From Lepidodermella squamata (taxonomy: Eukaryota; Animalia; Gastrotricha), in contig JBLDXI010000032.1 of NCBI GenBank assembly GCA_047495785.1, positions 4,154,001 through 4,218,000 on the forward strand: a DNA stretch of 64,000 nt, written 5' to 3'. Of the stretch, positions 1-11,581 are shown piece after piece (positions within the stretch are counted from its first letter, which is position 1; every line of letters starts with the position of its first letter). The notes beneath the pieces were generated by a model. The model was given only the letters and a program-made list of their open reading frames with translations, had not been told where the DNA came from and ran no database searches. The position numbers and the translations under genes are program-made.

Positions 1-444
1 GACGGTGCAAGGCCGACGCCCGTCGCTGCCCCGCCGCCTGTCAAGAACGTATGGCTAGAGCTTCAGCAAGTGAAGACGAACAAGCTGGCATCAGCTGCCA
101 GCACGCAAGCTCCCTCAGGACAGGAGTCTCTGGTTCAGATTGATGACGCTAAAATCGAACAGATCACCAACGCAGTGCTAAAGAAGTTGAAAACTCAGGT
201 TGACTCCGTGATCGCCGAAGTGCTTACCAGGCAGGCTCAGCGTATTGAAGCGCTAGAAACCAAAATGACGGAACTCATAGCTCTGCTTAAGGGCAACAAA
301 TCATTTGTCCATGTGAGCATCAACGACGGCGACCTAGTCACCGAAACGGCCCGGGACGTCCCCATGCAGCATGCCAAGGACGACTCCAAGAGCAGCTCGA
401 AGCCAAACGCCAAAGGTAGATCGTCAAATTTAAACAATGTTTAG
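1..444 (+). CDS. LINE ORF1, C-terminal part (coiled-coil-like)
   Basis: Frame 1 is open from base 1 to TAG 442-444; heptad-like stretch AQRIEALETKMTELIALL; overlaps the ORF2 ATG. Confidence 0.7.
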   Translation, partial: DGARPTPVAAPPPVKNVWLELQQVKTNKLASAASTQAPSGQESLVQIDDAKIEQITNAVLKKLKTQVDSVIAEVLTRQAQRIEALETKMTELIALLKGNKSFVHVSINDGDLVTETARDVPMQHAKDDSKSSSKPNAKGRSSNLNNV

Positions 445-3346
445 GATAGGACAGTGGAACAAAGGCCACGGTTCCAAAATCATAGATAGACTAGTTGAAC
501 TATTATTTCTTATCCAATCGCTCTTTCTAGACATTGTCCTAATCAATGAAACGTGGCTCTCATCTAATGATAATTTCGAAATCCCAGGCTTTGTCATTTT
601 TCGTGTAGATAGGGAACAAAAAGCTGGCAACAACGTAGCCTACGGGGGAGTGGCGATTGCGGTCAAAAACTCGATCAGGGTAAGTGAGTTCTATTCACAC
701 AATACCACACATAGCGAATGGCTCGCTCTCAAACTGGTAAACAAACACGGGAAAACGCTAACGGTTGCAACGGGGTATAGCTCCCCCGGCTATCCACTTG
801 ACGTTTCGTTTCTTTCCTTAGCACTAGGTGGCGTAGTCGACTCCGACGAGCCATGCGTGCTAGCTGGCGACCTCAACTGTTGGCACCCACGGCTTTCCAG
901 GCCGGACGATTCGATCAATGCCTCGGGGGCGGTCATGGTCGACTGGCTGGACCGCGAGGGTCACACTCTTATTAGCTCCGGCCAGCCGACGCATTTCTCA
1001 CCTCAGGGACGAGGTCGGCAGTTGGACATTTGGCTCGCCAATCAGGCAGCCTTGTCGATGTTGACCCAACCGCCCATGGTGGCGGACAAGTTTGGTAGCG
1101 ACCACTGTGCGACAGTGTTGAATGTCGATTTCAGCACCACCTCGGAGCCCCCTCGGCCAAACGGTAATGAACCGAGATTGAATTTCTATAAAGCCAATTG
1201 GAAAAAATTCTCCGAAAAATTAAAAGTTTTATTATCAATTCTCGCTCTTCCTTTAAAGCCCATGCCCGGCGATCCGGTAAGTAAGATAGATTTATACCTA
1301 AACGCGATAATTGAAGCCATCAGCATGGCGGCCAAAGAAACGATACCAACTTGCACGGAAAAATCTCTACCTACTTGGCGCTTAACGCCAGAAATAGCTA
1401 CCAAGCTGGAACAGCGTAATAAAATGCAAAGGCTATATGATCGCACTCGCGACCCACAAGTCAAGACCGAATGCAATAGGTTAAACAAACAGATTAAACA
1501 CTTAATTATAGCTCAAAAAATCAAGCAATGTGAACTCTTCCTCATAAGACTGGTAAAACTTTTTGAGGAAAATAAGCCCAGACCAGCGTGGCAAGCTGTG
1601 AACTCCAAACTCTCATCGCGGCGTCGCCATCGCAAGATCGCTGTGCTGAGAAACGCTCTAGGACTAAATGTCATCGACGACGGCGAAAAGTGCGAGTTAC
1701 TTGCCGAAACTTTCTCCGAAGTTCTGAAAGGCCCACCAGCTACGTCGACCAAGCCAGAAGATGTCAAATTCTGGAATGAAACAGATGCTGCAATGGCCAG
1801 TGATGAAACGATGAAACCTTTTCCGACAGTGCCCCGAAATCAGTCTATAAAAGTCCCAAAATGGGCGGTAAAGCAAATGCTCAGGCAGCTGAAATGGAAG
1901 GCCCCTGGTCATGACAATGTCTCAAATATCTTGCTCAAGAAAGGCGGCTCAGCTCTGGTAGGCCATCTAAGGTATCTCTACAAAGTGAGTTTGAACTCCG
2001 GGTATGTACCCCGTGCTTGGAAAATCGCGATTATAGTGCCCATACTCAAAGAGGGGAAGGATTCACGTTTGCCAGACTCTTACCGACCGGTGTCCCTTCT
2101 GCCATCACTCGGCAAAGGGCTCGAAGTAATCGTAGCGAAATTTCTCTATCGTTTTCTCGAAATAAACAAATTGCTTCCATCCCACCAGTATGGTTTCAGG
2201 TCTCTTAGGTCAACCATCGACCCTGTGTTCCGGTTCATCAGCGACATCGGTCTAGCCATATCAAAACGACAAAAGCTGGTCGCTATTCTCTTGGATTTCA
2301 AGGCTGCATTTGATGTTATATGGCATAACGGCTTGCGGCTAAAACTAAAACAATCAGGTTTGCCGATTCCATTGGTAAGATGGATTTCGGACTTCTTAAG
2401 AGAACGCTCGTTTCAAGTAAGGGTTGGCAGCAGTCTAAGTGCAAGCAGAGATATTTTTTGCGGCGTACCGCAGGGGTCGCCTTTATCACCTCTACTTTTT
2501 ATCTTTTATGCCATGGACATTCAGCCAAAAGGTTCCTCGCCGCAAGACGCCACCAGATCTGTCGCAAAAGGCACATTTGCTGACGACTCCCTAATCTGGA
2601 CCTTCGGCTACTCGATTGCAGCCAGCGTCGCGAGGCTAAGAAAGCGCCTACGCTCAATCGAAGTGTGGTGCAACAAATGGCGGCTTCGCTTAAGCCCGGG
2701 GAAGTGTGAAGTGATCGTCTTCGGTAGATATGGCAACTCGCCTCCTGAAGTACGCTTTGAGCTATATGGCCAGCCCCTGCCTCAGGTCAACCGCGCACGC
2801 TACCTCGGGATTTACCTCACACCCCAGCTAAGTTGGAATTACCATCTTGAAATAATTGCCTCAAAACTGAAGCCTCGCCTTGGCGCCCTCTACGCCTTGG
2901 CCAAGCGGCATGTTTTGCCTAAAAACCTTTGTGTGCTCTTTTATAAAACAGTCCTGGAGTCCTTGGTTGCCTATGGAGCCCCTGCCCTTCGTTGCCTTGC
3001 GCCCTCCTCGGTTGGAAAACTGTTGGAAATCCAAGCCCACTGCCTTCGAGCCTTGTTTGATCTGCCCTTCGAAACGGAAGTAATAGACGTCATCGCTTAC
3101 GCCGGAGTCGACTCCATTGAGGATGTCTTCCTTGGTGCCTTCAAACGCTATGGCGAACGCTGCTTAGCAGCAGGTCTAGATACGGCGGACTACATCAACT
3201 ACGTCTGCGGTATCCGCCCAACGTCAGAAGACGCTCGCAAAGTACTTGCCGATAAGTGCCCAGCTTGGCATTTACGTGAAGTTTCAAAACCTAGCCAGCT
3301 GAGCCTCTCACACGACCCACGGGACTGGCTACAAGTCGTTTTATAA
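437..3346 (+). CDS. LINE ORF2: AP-like endonuclease + reverse transcriptase, 969 aa, uninterrupted
   Basis: APE motifs QWN, INETWL, GGVAIAV, GDLN, SDH. RT motifs YRPVSLL, QYGFR, DFKAAFD, GVPQGSPLSP, FADD, RYLG. Confidence 0.95.
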   Translation: MFRIGQWNKGHGSKIIDRLVELLFLIQSLFLDIVLINETWLSSNDNFEIPGFVIFRVDREQKAGNNVAYGGVAIAVKNSIRVSEFYSHNTTHSEWLALKLVNKHGKTLTVATGYSSPGYPLDVSFLSLALGGVVDSDEPCVLAGDLNCWHPRLSRPDDSINASGAVMVDWLDREGHTLISSGQPTHFSPQGRGRQLDIWLANQAALSMLTQPPMVADKFGSDHCATVLNVDFSTTSEPPRPNGNEPRLNFYKANWKKFSEKLKVLLSILALPLKPMPGDPVSKIDLYLNAIIEAISMAAKETIPTCTEKSLPTWRLTPEIATKLEQRNKMQRLYDRTRDPQVKTECNRLNKQIKHLIIAQKIKQCELFLIRLVKLFEENKPRPAWQAVNSKLSSRRRHRKIAVLRNALGLNVIDDGEKCELLAETFSEVLKGPPATSTKPEDVKFWNETDAAMASDETMKPFPTVPRNQSIKVPKWAVKQMLRQLKWKAPGHDNVSNILLKKGGSALVGHLRYLYKVSLNSGYVPRAWKIAIIVPILKEGKDSRLPDSYRPVSLLPSLGKGLEVIVAKFLYRFLEINKLLPSHQYGFRSLRSTIDPVFRFISDIGLAISKRQKLVAILLDFKAAFDVIWHNGLRLKLKQSGLPIPLVRWISDFLRERSFQVRVGSSLSASRDIFCGVPQGSPLSPLLFIFYAMDIQPKGSSPQDATRSVAKGTFADDSLIWTFGYSIAASVARLRKRLRSIEVWCNKWRLRLSPGKCEVIVFGRYGNSPPEVRFELYGQPLPQVNRARYLGIYLTPQLSWNYHLEIIASKLKPRLGALYALAKRHVLPKNLCVLFYKTVLESLVAYGAPALRCLAPSSVGKLLEIQAHCLRALFDLPFETEVIDVIAYAGVDSIEDVFLGAFKRYGERCLAAGLDTADYINYVCGIRPTSEDARKVLADKCPAWHLREVSKPSQLSLSHDPRDWLQVVL

Positions 3347-3960
3347 CCAGCACTCTTTTTAGAGAAACGGCATATTATCTTTTCTACCGTTCATTTTATA
3401 TCGCCTTTTTACATTGTTGATTGCATCATAAATTTCTAAGTCTATGAGGCTATGTAATCGCGCCGAGAGCGCCGTAACAGGCGGTGGTAGTAAAATAAAA
3501 TCAGAAATATGCCAAACTTTGAAAATACTTCAGAATAGCGAAAATTCTCAAATACTAAATGGTATCCCAGTCTCAGGCAGCCATGTCTATAGGCAACAGG
3601 CGACATGCTTTGGCTGAAGCTTCTCAGAAGTAAATTACCCTTATCCAAACCATTCCGCTATTTATTTATATGTTAGACCGGTTTTGCCGAAATCGAACAT
3701 TTCTGGCTGGCGCTATCTTAGTGTCCGATTGACACAATTTTCACTTTGTTCTAAAGACAGCTCTAAATCGATGTTTATGTAAAGAAAAATGGACACAGGT
3801 GTGTTTACATTTCGCCTGAAGATACATACACTTTAATGTGTCCAGCGGGTCCGCATAGCGACTCTAACAAAATCTGAGACCTTAAATATTCGAGCTCATT
3901 GTTTTTGAGGCGTGTTGTACCTATTTCGCGTCTAATTTCAAGATTCTTCGAGATTTAATC

Positions 3961-4925
3961 ATGAAAGTCGGTGATATTTTCGCATCTAACGACGATTTGA
4001 GAGCCGCTGTAGATAGCTATCGCCAGAATACTAAACAGCCGCTCATAGCAGTAAAAAATGGCCCATCAGCGTTTCACTTTAAATGCTGCCATGGAGTGAA
4101 GCGATTGCCACCAAAAACAAGGCTTAAACAGGCCGAGAAAATCGCTTATCAAAACGTCTTGGCCGAACTGACCGGATGCGAAGCTGTTATCGAAGCTCGT
4201 TCCTTCAACACAGCCGGCCCAGGAAATCCACACGGCTCTTTTGCTATTCGAATCGAGGTGCTCATCGATTCACACAATCACAGCATCGGATCTTCTGAGT
4301 TCAAACGCTACAATTTGGCGCATCTCGAAGAGCAATGGCTAGCAGATGAAATGGACGCTGAGGAGCGAGCGATGATCAGAAAATCGCTCGATCCGAAGAA
4401 TCTGCCCGTACCAATCAAATTTCTTGTTTATAGACATCCAGTTTTTGGAACTGACTTCGAAGCAGCTAGGTTGTGCTTGAAAGAGTAATTTTCCATCCAT
4501 TTTTGATATATTGGGTTCGTAATCCTGTATCTATTTTTAGACTAGCGATGAAAATGTTTCATCATTCCATTTTGCGTATGGAGGCTGCTCACCTGGAACT
4601 GTTACCGAAAAACAAAGGAGTGCGTCATTTCCCGATCGCGAATCGTTGCGCGGCAGAGAAGCCGGTCGATTACGCAACGACGCCGACTTCGTGTTCCTGT
4701 GCGTTTTTCACCAAGTCTGACCATGTCCCATGCTGTCATATTTTGTTCATGCGAAACAAGCGCGGCATGCACTTGTACGAGCGATGCTTGTTCAGCGAGC
4801 GTTTCCTCTCCACCTTCTGCTTCGACGCGGAAGAACAGGCTACTCGTATCTACAAAGAAGCCGAAAATCCGGCGAAACGACAGCGTAAAGCAGCTGTGGA
4901 TAATGGGAAAGAGAACGAGGCTTGA
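3961..4925 (+). CDS. MULE-derived ZSWIM3-like protein (FAR1/WRKY-like N-terminal domain + SWIM zinc finger); exons 3961-4484, 4541-4925
   Basis: A 56-bp GT-AG intron (4485-4540) joins the two ORFs in frame. N-terminal C..G...GCEA...HNH pattern; SWIM motif CSC-x9-CCH. Confidence 0.7.
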
Positions 4926-5173
4926 ACAGTCTTTTGTTAGCCACTTTTCACTTTTTTCATGATTTTCTAAGATACATCTCTGTGCTACATCTACGAAGTC
5001 TTCCGCTTATTCGAAGTTAAAGTCTTGAATAGCGGCAAAGTAATAGTGATGGTTCATAATGAGAAAGTGAGCGCGAATCATTGCGCAATCAATTCACAAC
5101 CGATCCAATGCACGCGCATATTACCTGTCCTCTTATTATGAACATCGTTAGTTGCGAATATTCTAATAAATAA

Positions 5174-6309
5174 ATGGAGACTACCGTCGTTTTGAATCGG
5201 CTTATTTTTTATTCATCTCATCCTGACAAGCAGTTTTCAAGCCGATTATTTGCAATATTAACCTGCTTTTGCTGGCAAATCTTGCTTTTTGGGGCTTTTG
5301 GAGTTTGGGCTTACATTTCGGCCGCTTATTCGCCGATGCTAAACTGGAAAATGACGGGCCCGCATTTCAACGTATTCGCTCAAATTAAACACGACGTAGA
5401 CTGGATTCGTCAAAGTGATCTCGCCATTAATTCTCACCTTCTTAATTTTGTGAGGTAATAAATGTTGTCAAAAAATATCATTTCTACTATTTGACGTTAT
5501 TTAGATTTCGAAGCTCACCGCCGCGCTGCGCTAATGTAACATCCCGGCGAGTGGCCATCAACTACGCCGGGGCTGGTTGTTGCCGTTGGGCTCAACAACT
5601 CAACTGCGCTGAGGCCGTGAAGATGGGCGGTTTTGATGCTTGCCTCGCGTTTAACGATGCTCACCTCGACGAGACATTCAAGCGGAGAAATGGAAAAATT
5701 CTGAGCGTTCGACAAGGCGCTGGTCTATGGTTGTGGAAACCGTACATAATTTTCAAAACCCTTCTCGCTCTTGACGAAGGCGATTACTTGTTCTACAGCG
5801 ACTCGGGGAGTGCGATTGTTTCGAACTTTGATTTATCGCACATTTGCCTACAGGCTGAGATGAAGCAAGATGTCGTTGTTTTCACGATGAATCATAACGA
5901 AAGCCGATGGACGCGGCGCGAGGTTTTCGTTACGCTTGATTGCATGTCGGAATCATGCCGATTTTCACGGCAACGGATGGCCGGATTTGTACTTCTCCGC
6001 CGGTCTGAAGCATCTCTGCGCTTCGTCGCCGAGTGGCTGACCTACGCTCAGGACTGGCGTTTAATCTCGGATTCGCCGATACAAGGCCGCAGTCAGCTGG
6101 CACGACTCGCCGCACCTTTACCAGCTATTCACGAGCTGAATCGGCATGATCAAAGCGTTGTGAGTGTTCTGAGCAAAAAATGGAACATCACAGCGTGGCC
6201 GGATCCAACTCAGTACCATGAGGGCAGTGATTTATTAGAAATTGAGCCTTTTAAAAGCAGACTGACAAGAAAATCTCACTATATTTATCTCACACGCTTT
6301 AAAGGCTGA
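5174..6309 (+). CDS. Putative type II membrane GT-A-fold glycosyltransferase-like protein; exons 5174-5454, 5505-6309
   Basis: 50-bp in-frame intron 5455-5504; N-terminal hydrophobic anchor; motifs GLWLWKPYII, LFYSDSG, FVAEWL, NRHDQS; AATAAA after the stop. Confidence 0.7.
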
Positions 6310-6758
6310 TTTTCTCAATAAAAGTGGGATTGTCGTGTTCTATTTTTTCAGCCTTAATAGCCTAGGTTAAATCCCTAAATCCTGTTCTAGAAACCCGTTT
6401 CGCCTGGTTTGATTGGACGAAGTCGGACGATTTGATTTTTTGATCTTCTCGCATTAATTGGGTGGCAACGTGCGATGTCTGATGCGCGATGACATGTGAC
6501 TGCGAAAACAACAGACTTCATTTCCCAGGGATGCTAGCCTTTATAATTTAAGTTCGCGGATAACGGCGAAGTTGTTTTGACGCCGCGCTAATTACTTCAG
6601 CGCTGTAGAGCTGCCACCTGCGCGATAGGTAAAATGAGAACCCTTATTCCGAAACTAATTAACCGCCTGGCAGCCCATTCATAGTTTGCTAATCCCCTAT
6701 CGTCGGTTTTATCTGAGTTTTCAAATTTTATCCGCATCACTGCTAAAAACGAAGCGCC

Positions 6759-7306
6759 ATGATTTTCAGCATAATAATATCGCTTTCTATGCTTCTGGCT
6801 GGATCCAGATGCCAACGTGAACAGCCTACTCGTCGTTTATTGAATAGACAAGTCAGCAGTACGCCGCCTTTGAACGTTGATTCCGTTCGTTACCGCTCCT
6901 TTTCGCCAAGCTGGGCTTACATACCGCCGCTAAACGAGCCCCAAAACCCATGCAACGAGACTATAAACACTACGAAAGCTCCTAACAAGGCGAAACCAAG
7001 CAAAGTTCCTCCAGCTACTACAACTCCGGCTCCGCCACCAGGCTCCAAGATCTCCAAATCATGTGCAGATTGGATTAAAGACAACGTCACTGAAATGAAA
7101 AGTCTGTCCAGTTTGGCAACAGGTTTGTTATTTTTTCATGATTCACGCAACGGATTAATGATGATCTTTTTTCCACATCAGATTTGGTTTACGGAAAATC
7201 AAGGAAAATGCGTCTCGAGTTTACAAAATTTTGCGTTGTACCTCGGCAGCGGCAATTGCAGATGAAGCTGAAAAAGCCTCGAAAAACCAACAATTGGCCG
7301 CATTGA
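6759..7306 (+). CDS. Small secreted protein, unknown family (paralog A); exons 6759-7122, 7182-7306
   Basis: Signal peptide, Pro/Thr-rich linker, phase-1 59-bp intron. Spliced product aligns with paralog B. AATAAA at about 7314. Confidence 0.7.
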
Positions 7307-8546
7307 TCTCATGAATAAAAAGTTGTATTCAACTGACGGGCGAATGAATAATTGATATGAAGTGACCAACCCATCCCCGCTCTCCGATGAGTCGGCGGAA
7401 ATACACACTCATGCTATAACCCCGTGTTGAAACTTGGGTATTTTTCTAGGATATGAAATGGTTGTTATTTGTTTTCGCCAGAAATTTCCGCATGAAATAA
7501 TATATAGAAGCGCGTTGCGCGATTCAGGTTACCAGGAAACGCGGTGTATGAATCACGCCTGACGTCTATTTCATGCTGAATCATTGGCGAGCGCCTTGGA
7601 GAAGGCTGCATATATAAATCAGCCGCTGGCGATTTTTTTGACCCTTAATGAAATAATATTTTAATATTCGGTCCCTCTTTATCGTCCCGATTCTTCTGGA
7701 TACTGCGCTATCTATCGCGAATCGCGGGGGATGCGCGTCACCTACTTGCCTTTCTTGTCGTTGCTTATAAAATTTTGGCAAACAATGCATGTTTAGTTTC
7801 TGCAAATATTTTATCCTAAGGAATGCGCGCGATTTAAAAATGATAGCAATTAGACATGCAGTTGACATTCTTTCTGACGCAAAGCCAAATAAAAGCGCCT
7901 GTATACTTATAAATGAGTGTGGTTTTCTTTTCATCAAATGCGATTTCAAATCGATATGAAAACACACACCGATTAGGCATCTAATACCCGTCGATTGCAA
8001 AGCGGGAGAAGCCGCGCGGATTTCACCCGCACTTTTTTGTTTTAAAACAACGCGGGCTTCTTTTTTACGCCTGGGTGGATAAGGCCATCAGATTTATTCA
8101 TTTAGGCACCTTTTATTTCATTCAGTTCGTTAGATCAAAGTCCAAATTTAGACTCGCCGACGTTTATTGCGAAAAATATTTTTGTGCGACGCGAAATATG
8201 CCTGGATTTCCGGTCGGGTAAAGTTTGCCTTTTTCTATCATGTTTGCATTCATACCACGCTTACGCCTATATGAGATTATCAAGTTCAGTGCAAAAAAGC
8301 AGGGGGCATCTCGTGGGTATCGAAAAATTAATGAGATACATGATCGAGCAACATGTAGGATGTTTTCTATTATACCTATTTATCGGCTAAATAATTAATC
8401 ACCTCGCGTCGCAAAAATCAACATCAAAGTAGGCGCCATAAAATCTATAAATAATTTCCGATATAAATATGCGTCAACATCCGCTGGTCATTGCATTATT
8501 GTCACAATTTGACCTTCAATTTATAGAGGCAATTTTTATTAATAAT

Positions 8547-9069
8547 ATGGTCAACTTCAACGCGATTATTGTGATAGCAGCTGCGATGTTCCAGTTCATT
8601 GAAGCGTCGCCTCTTACAGCTTTGTCTGACGATGCTGATCCGAGATTTGTCACATTCAGCAGCCGACGTTTAGCGGCTAAGCAGCACAAGGGCGCAAAAC
8701 GCCAACGAGCGACTACGACACCAGTTCCAGTTATTATTCCGAACCCAGCTAATATGACTAAAATGACCTGTGAGCAATGGATTAATGCTAAACGGCTGCA
8801 AATGAAAATATCGGTTCAAGCCCTAGCTAAGAGTAAGCTTTTCATTTTCATTAAAGCTGACGATCGTTACAATATATTTCTGTTATACAGTAATCGTAAA
8901 CGGACCTTCTCGAAAGCTGGGCATGGAATTTTACGTGTTCTGCGTCAATCGCGAGGCGCTGATTAACTTGACGTCACAAGCGATGCGTGTCGGTGGCAAA
9001 AGCAGCACGAGAAATCCGATGCAATATTTCGGCGGCGTCAATGCTAACAAGCAAAAGTCGCAAAGATAA
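8547..9069 (+). CDS. Small secreted protein, unknown family (paralog B); exons 8547-8832, 8891-9069
   Basis: Signal peptide MVNFNAIIVIAAAMFQFIEA; phase-1 58-bp intron at the same position as in paralog A. Confidence 0.7.
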
Positions 9070-9285
9070 TATAGACAAAAGTCTTGCATTTAATGTCGTC
9101 CTGCGAAAATCATCGTCGTGCCATCTTTTTCATAAGTTCGCTATAATACTTGTGACTCCTTCTTCAGTATTTTTTTAACGGCAAGTAATGCAAAAAAATT
9201 CAAATGATAAGTAAAAGCGAAAAATTGAAAAATTCCACCTTAACCGTTCAGCATTAATCAAAAAAATGTGTCAGCTGAGTTAAAC

Positions 9286-11385
9286 ATGAAAAAACTCGGT
9301 AGTCGAAGCCTAACATCAGCAGGCCAGGGGTCTTCGCTGAGCCGTCCGCCATCGAGAAGTTGCGGCAAATTTTCGAATAACTTCACTGCTAACCAAAGCG
9401 GTAACAATAGCATAGCAGATGGCCTCTCTCCGCCAGCCGTTGTTGTTCTACAAGACCTGCGTGAGCTCGGGGCGTTTGCCGACTGCATTATCACTACGCC
9501 TGTGGACGGGCAGCAATTCATGACCCATCGAGCTATTCTCATCGCTGCTAGCCCTTTTTTCAAGGCCATGCCCTCTGACGACGATTCAACTAGAATAGGC
9601 GTCCGGACGCGATCGATGGCGGCGAAGTCAATCATCGCCCGTATTAGCATCGATAAAATGCCTGGATCGGTGTTAAAACCCATCCTTGACTACATCTACG
9701 GCGCCTCAAAGTCAAATTTCGCCAACATTGACGTCAAAATTATGTGCCAAATTTTAGACTGGAACGATAAGCTTCAAATGCCCCGGTTTACTGACTTCAT
9801 TTGCAAGACTTTGAGGAGTAAAGTCGACCCATTCAATTGCATAGAAATTTACTTAGCGGTGAAGCGAAATGTTGGAACCGAGACAGATTTTTTTAAGAAG
9901 CTCCACTGGTTCATTTTGAGGTCATTCTCACGCGTAGGCGGTCTCAACGTTCTAACAGAGGATGAGTTGATTGCTTTTATCAACGATGATTGGCTCAGCG
10001 TGCCAGCGGAATCGCTAGTCGCTGATGTCATTAAAAACTGGCTCAAAGCCAATCCTAAAGAGCGCACTGAACTCTGGAAATGTCTGAGATATGGCCTAAT
10101 ACCTGAAAAGACTTTCACCGACATTTCAGGAATTCCTAAGGTGACCTTTATTATATCCATCTGTCATATTATCATCATCGCCGTTTTCGATTCTGTAGGA
10201 AATAATTAGCGCATATCAAAGTTTGATTGAGAAGCTAATTGTTGTGGTTGACAAGCGAATTCTAAGAAGCGAGACGATACCCGCTAACGATATAGTCATC
10301 CGCCCCCGTTGCCCTTCATCTTTCCTTTTTGTTTTTGGCGGCTGGACAAGTGGATCTTGCTCTAGCTCGATCGAAGTCTACGACAATTGCCTCGATAAGT
10401 GGCGATGTCTAAGTATAACAATCGATAAGGGACCCAGGGCTTATCATCGTACATTAGTCATCAACGGTCTTGTTTATCTATTGGGTGGGTATGATGGATC
10501 GGAACATCAGTCATCCTGCCTTACCTTCGATCCATGCACGGGTCAATGGCGCGAAATCGCACCGATGAACAGCAGGTAATTGACCTACATAAAAATGAGG
10601 AAATTCATAATTTTATTGTTCAAAGGCGCTGCTATTTGAGCTCATGCATCGTTGATTCGAGGATTTATGCCTTTGGTGGGTGCGATAAAACCAATCGCCT
10701 GACAACGGCTGAGGTCTACGACCCTGTTTCAAATCAATGGACCATGCTACCTCATATGTCAACCCGACGAAGTGACGCAGGTTGTGCAGTTGTAAAACAG
10801 CTCAACGGCTCGCCAGCTGTCGTAGTATGTGGCGGTTTCGACGGCGAAACCTGCCTCAGCTCAGTCGAAATGGTGGCGATTCCGGATAAATCTCGGCGGG
10901 GTGTAAATGCCGCTAATCACGCTTGGAGTTCGCTTCCAGCCATGTCAAGTCCTCGTTCAGGCGTGTCTGTGGTTGAGTTGGATGGTTACGTCTACGCATT
11001 GGGTGGCTACGATGGCGAGACCCGTCTCGCCACGGTCGAACGACTTAGCCTAGCATCCGGCAGATGGCAACATGTAGCGCCGATGTTGATGTCACGGTCA
11101 AATTTCACGGCTTGCGCCATGGATGGCAAGATCTATGTGTTGGGCGGGTACCACGATGGCGCCACTATTCCAGATTGCGAGTTTTACGACCCGAAAAGCG
11201 ACACTTGGCACAGCATTGCGTCGATGAATGCCGACCGATCGGCGTTGAGTAGCGCTGTGATTTTCGACCCCGATTCTACGCAGCTGTGCCATGCTGGACC
11301 GGGAAATTTCACAACTTATACAACCCCTCGAGATCGACTGATTTTCAAACTTGTTGGCCGTTTCGAAGAGAACCGACGTGAATAA
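9286..11385 (+). CDS. BTB-BACK-Kelch protein, KLHL10-like; introns 10141-10198 and 10576-10625
   Basis: BTB motif HRAILIAASPFF, BACK-like region, six Kelch repeats (GG..., YDP...W, PRAYH). Both introns restore frame. Confidence 0.9.
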
Positions 11386-11581
11386 AGAAAATTAGGAAAT
11401 TGCACTAGTCTTTTTTGTTTTTTTTTCTTCCAGAAAAATCGCGTGGATCATGTTGTGTTTTACAATTTTCATTCAGAGCTAATCATGTTGAATAATATCG
11501 TGAGCCGGTAAATCGATGTCAACTTGTTTTCTAATTTTTTTAATTCACGGAACTCGTTAGTTTTAATCGGTAAATTTTACA

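Larger units (their letters stand above)
1..3440 (+). mobile_element. Non-LTR retrotransposon (LINE, Jockey/I-group-like); 5' end lies outside the window, 3' boundary approximate
   Basis: Two-ORF layout: ORF1 tail followed by a long APE+RT ORF2 and a T-rich 3' region. No clear poly(A) tail or TSD seen. Confidence 0.9.

Noticed and set aside
7581-8390. ORFs 7581-8000 (-) and 8184-8390 (+)
   Set aside because: Non-ATG starts, no motifs; they look like translated intergenic sequence.
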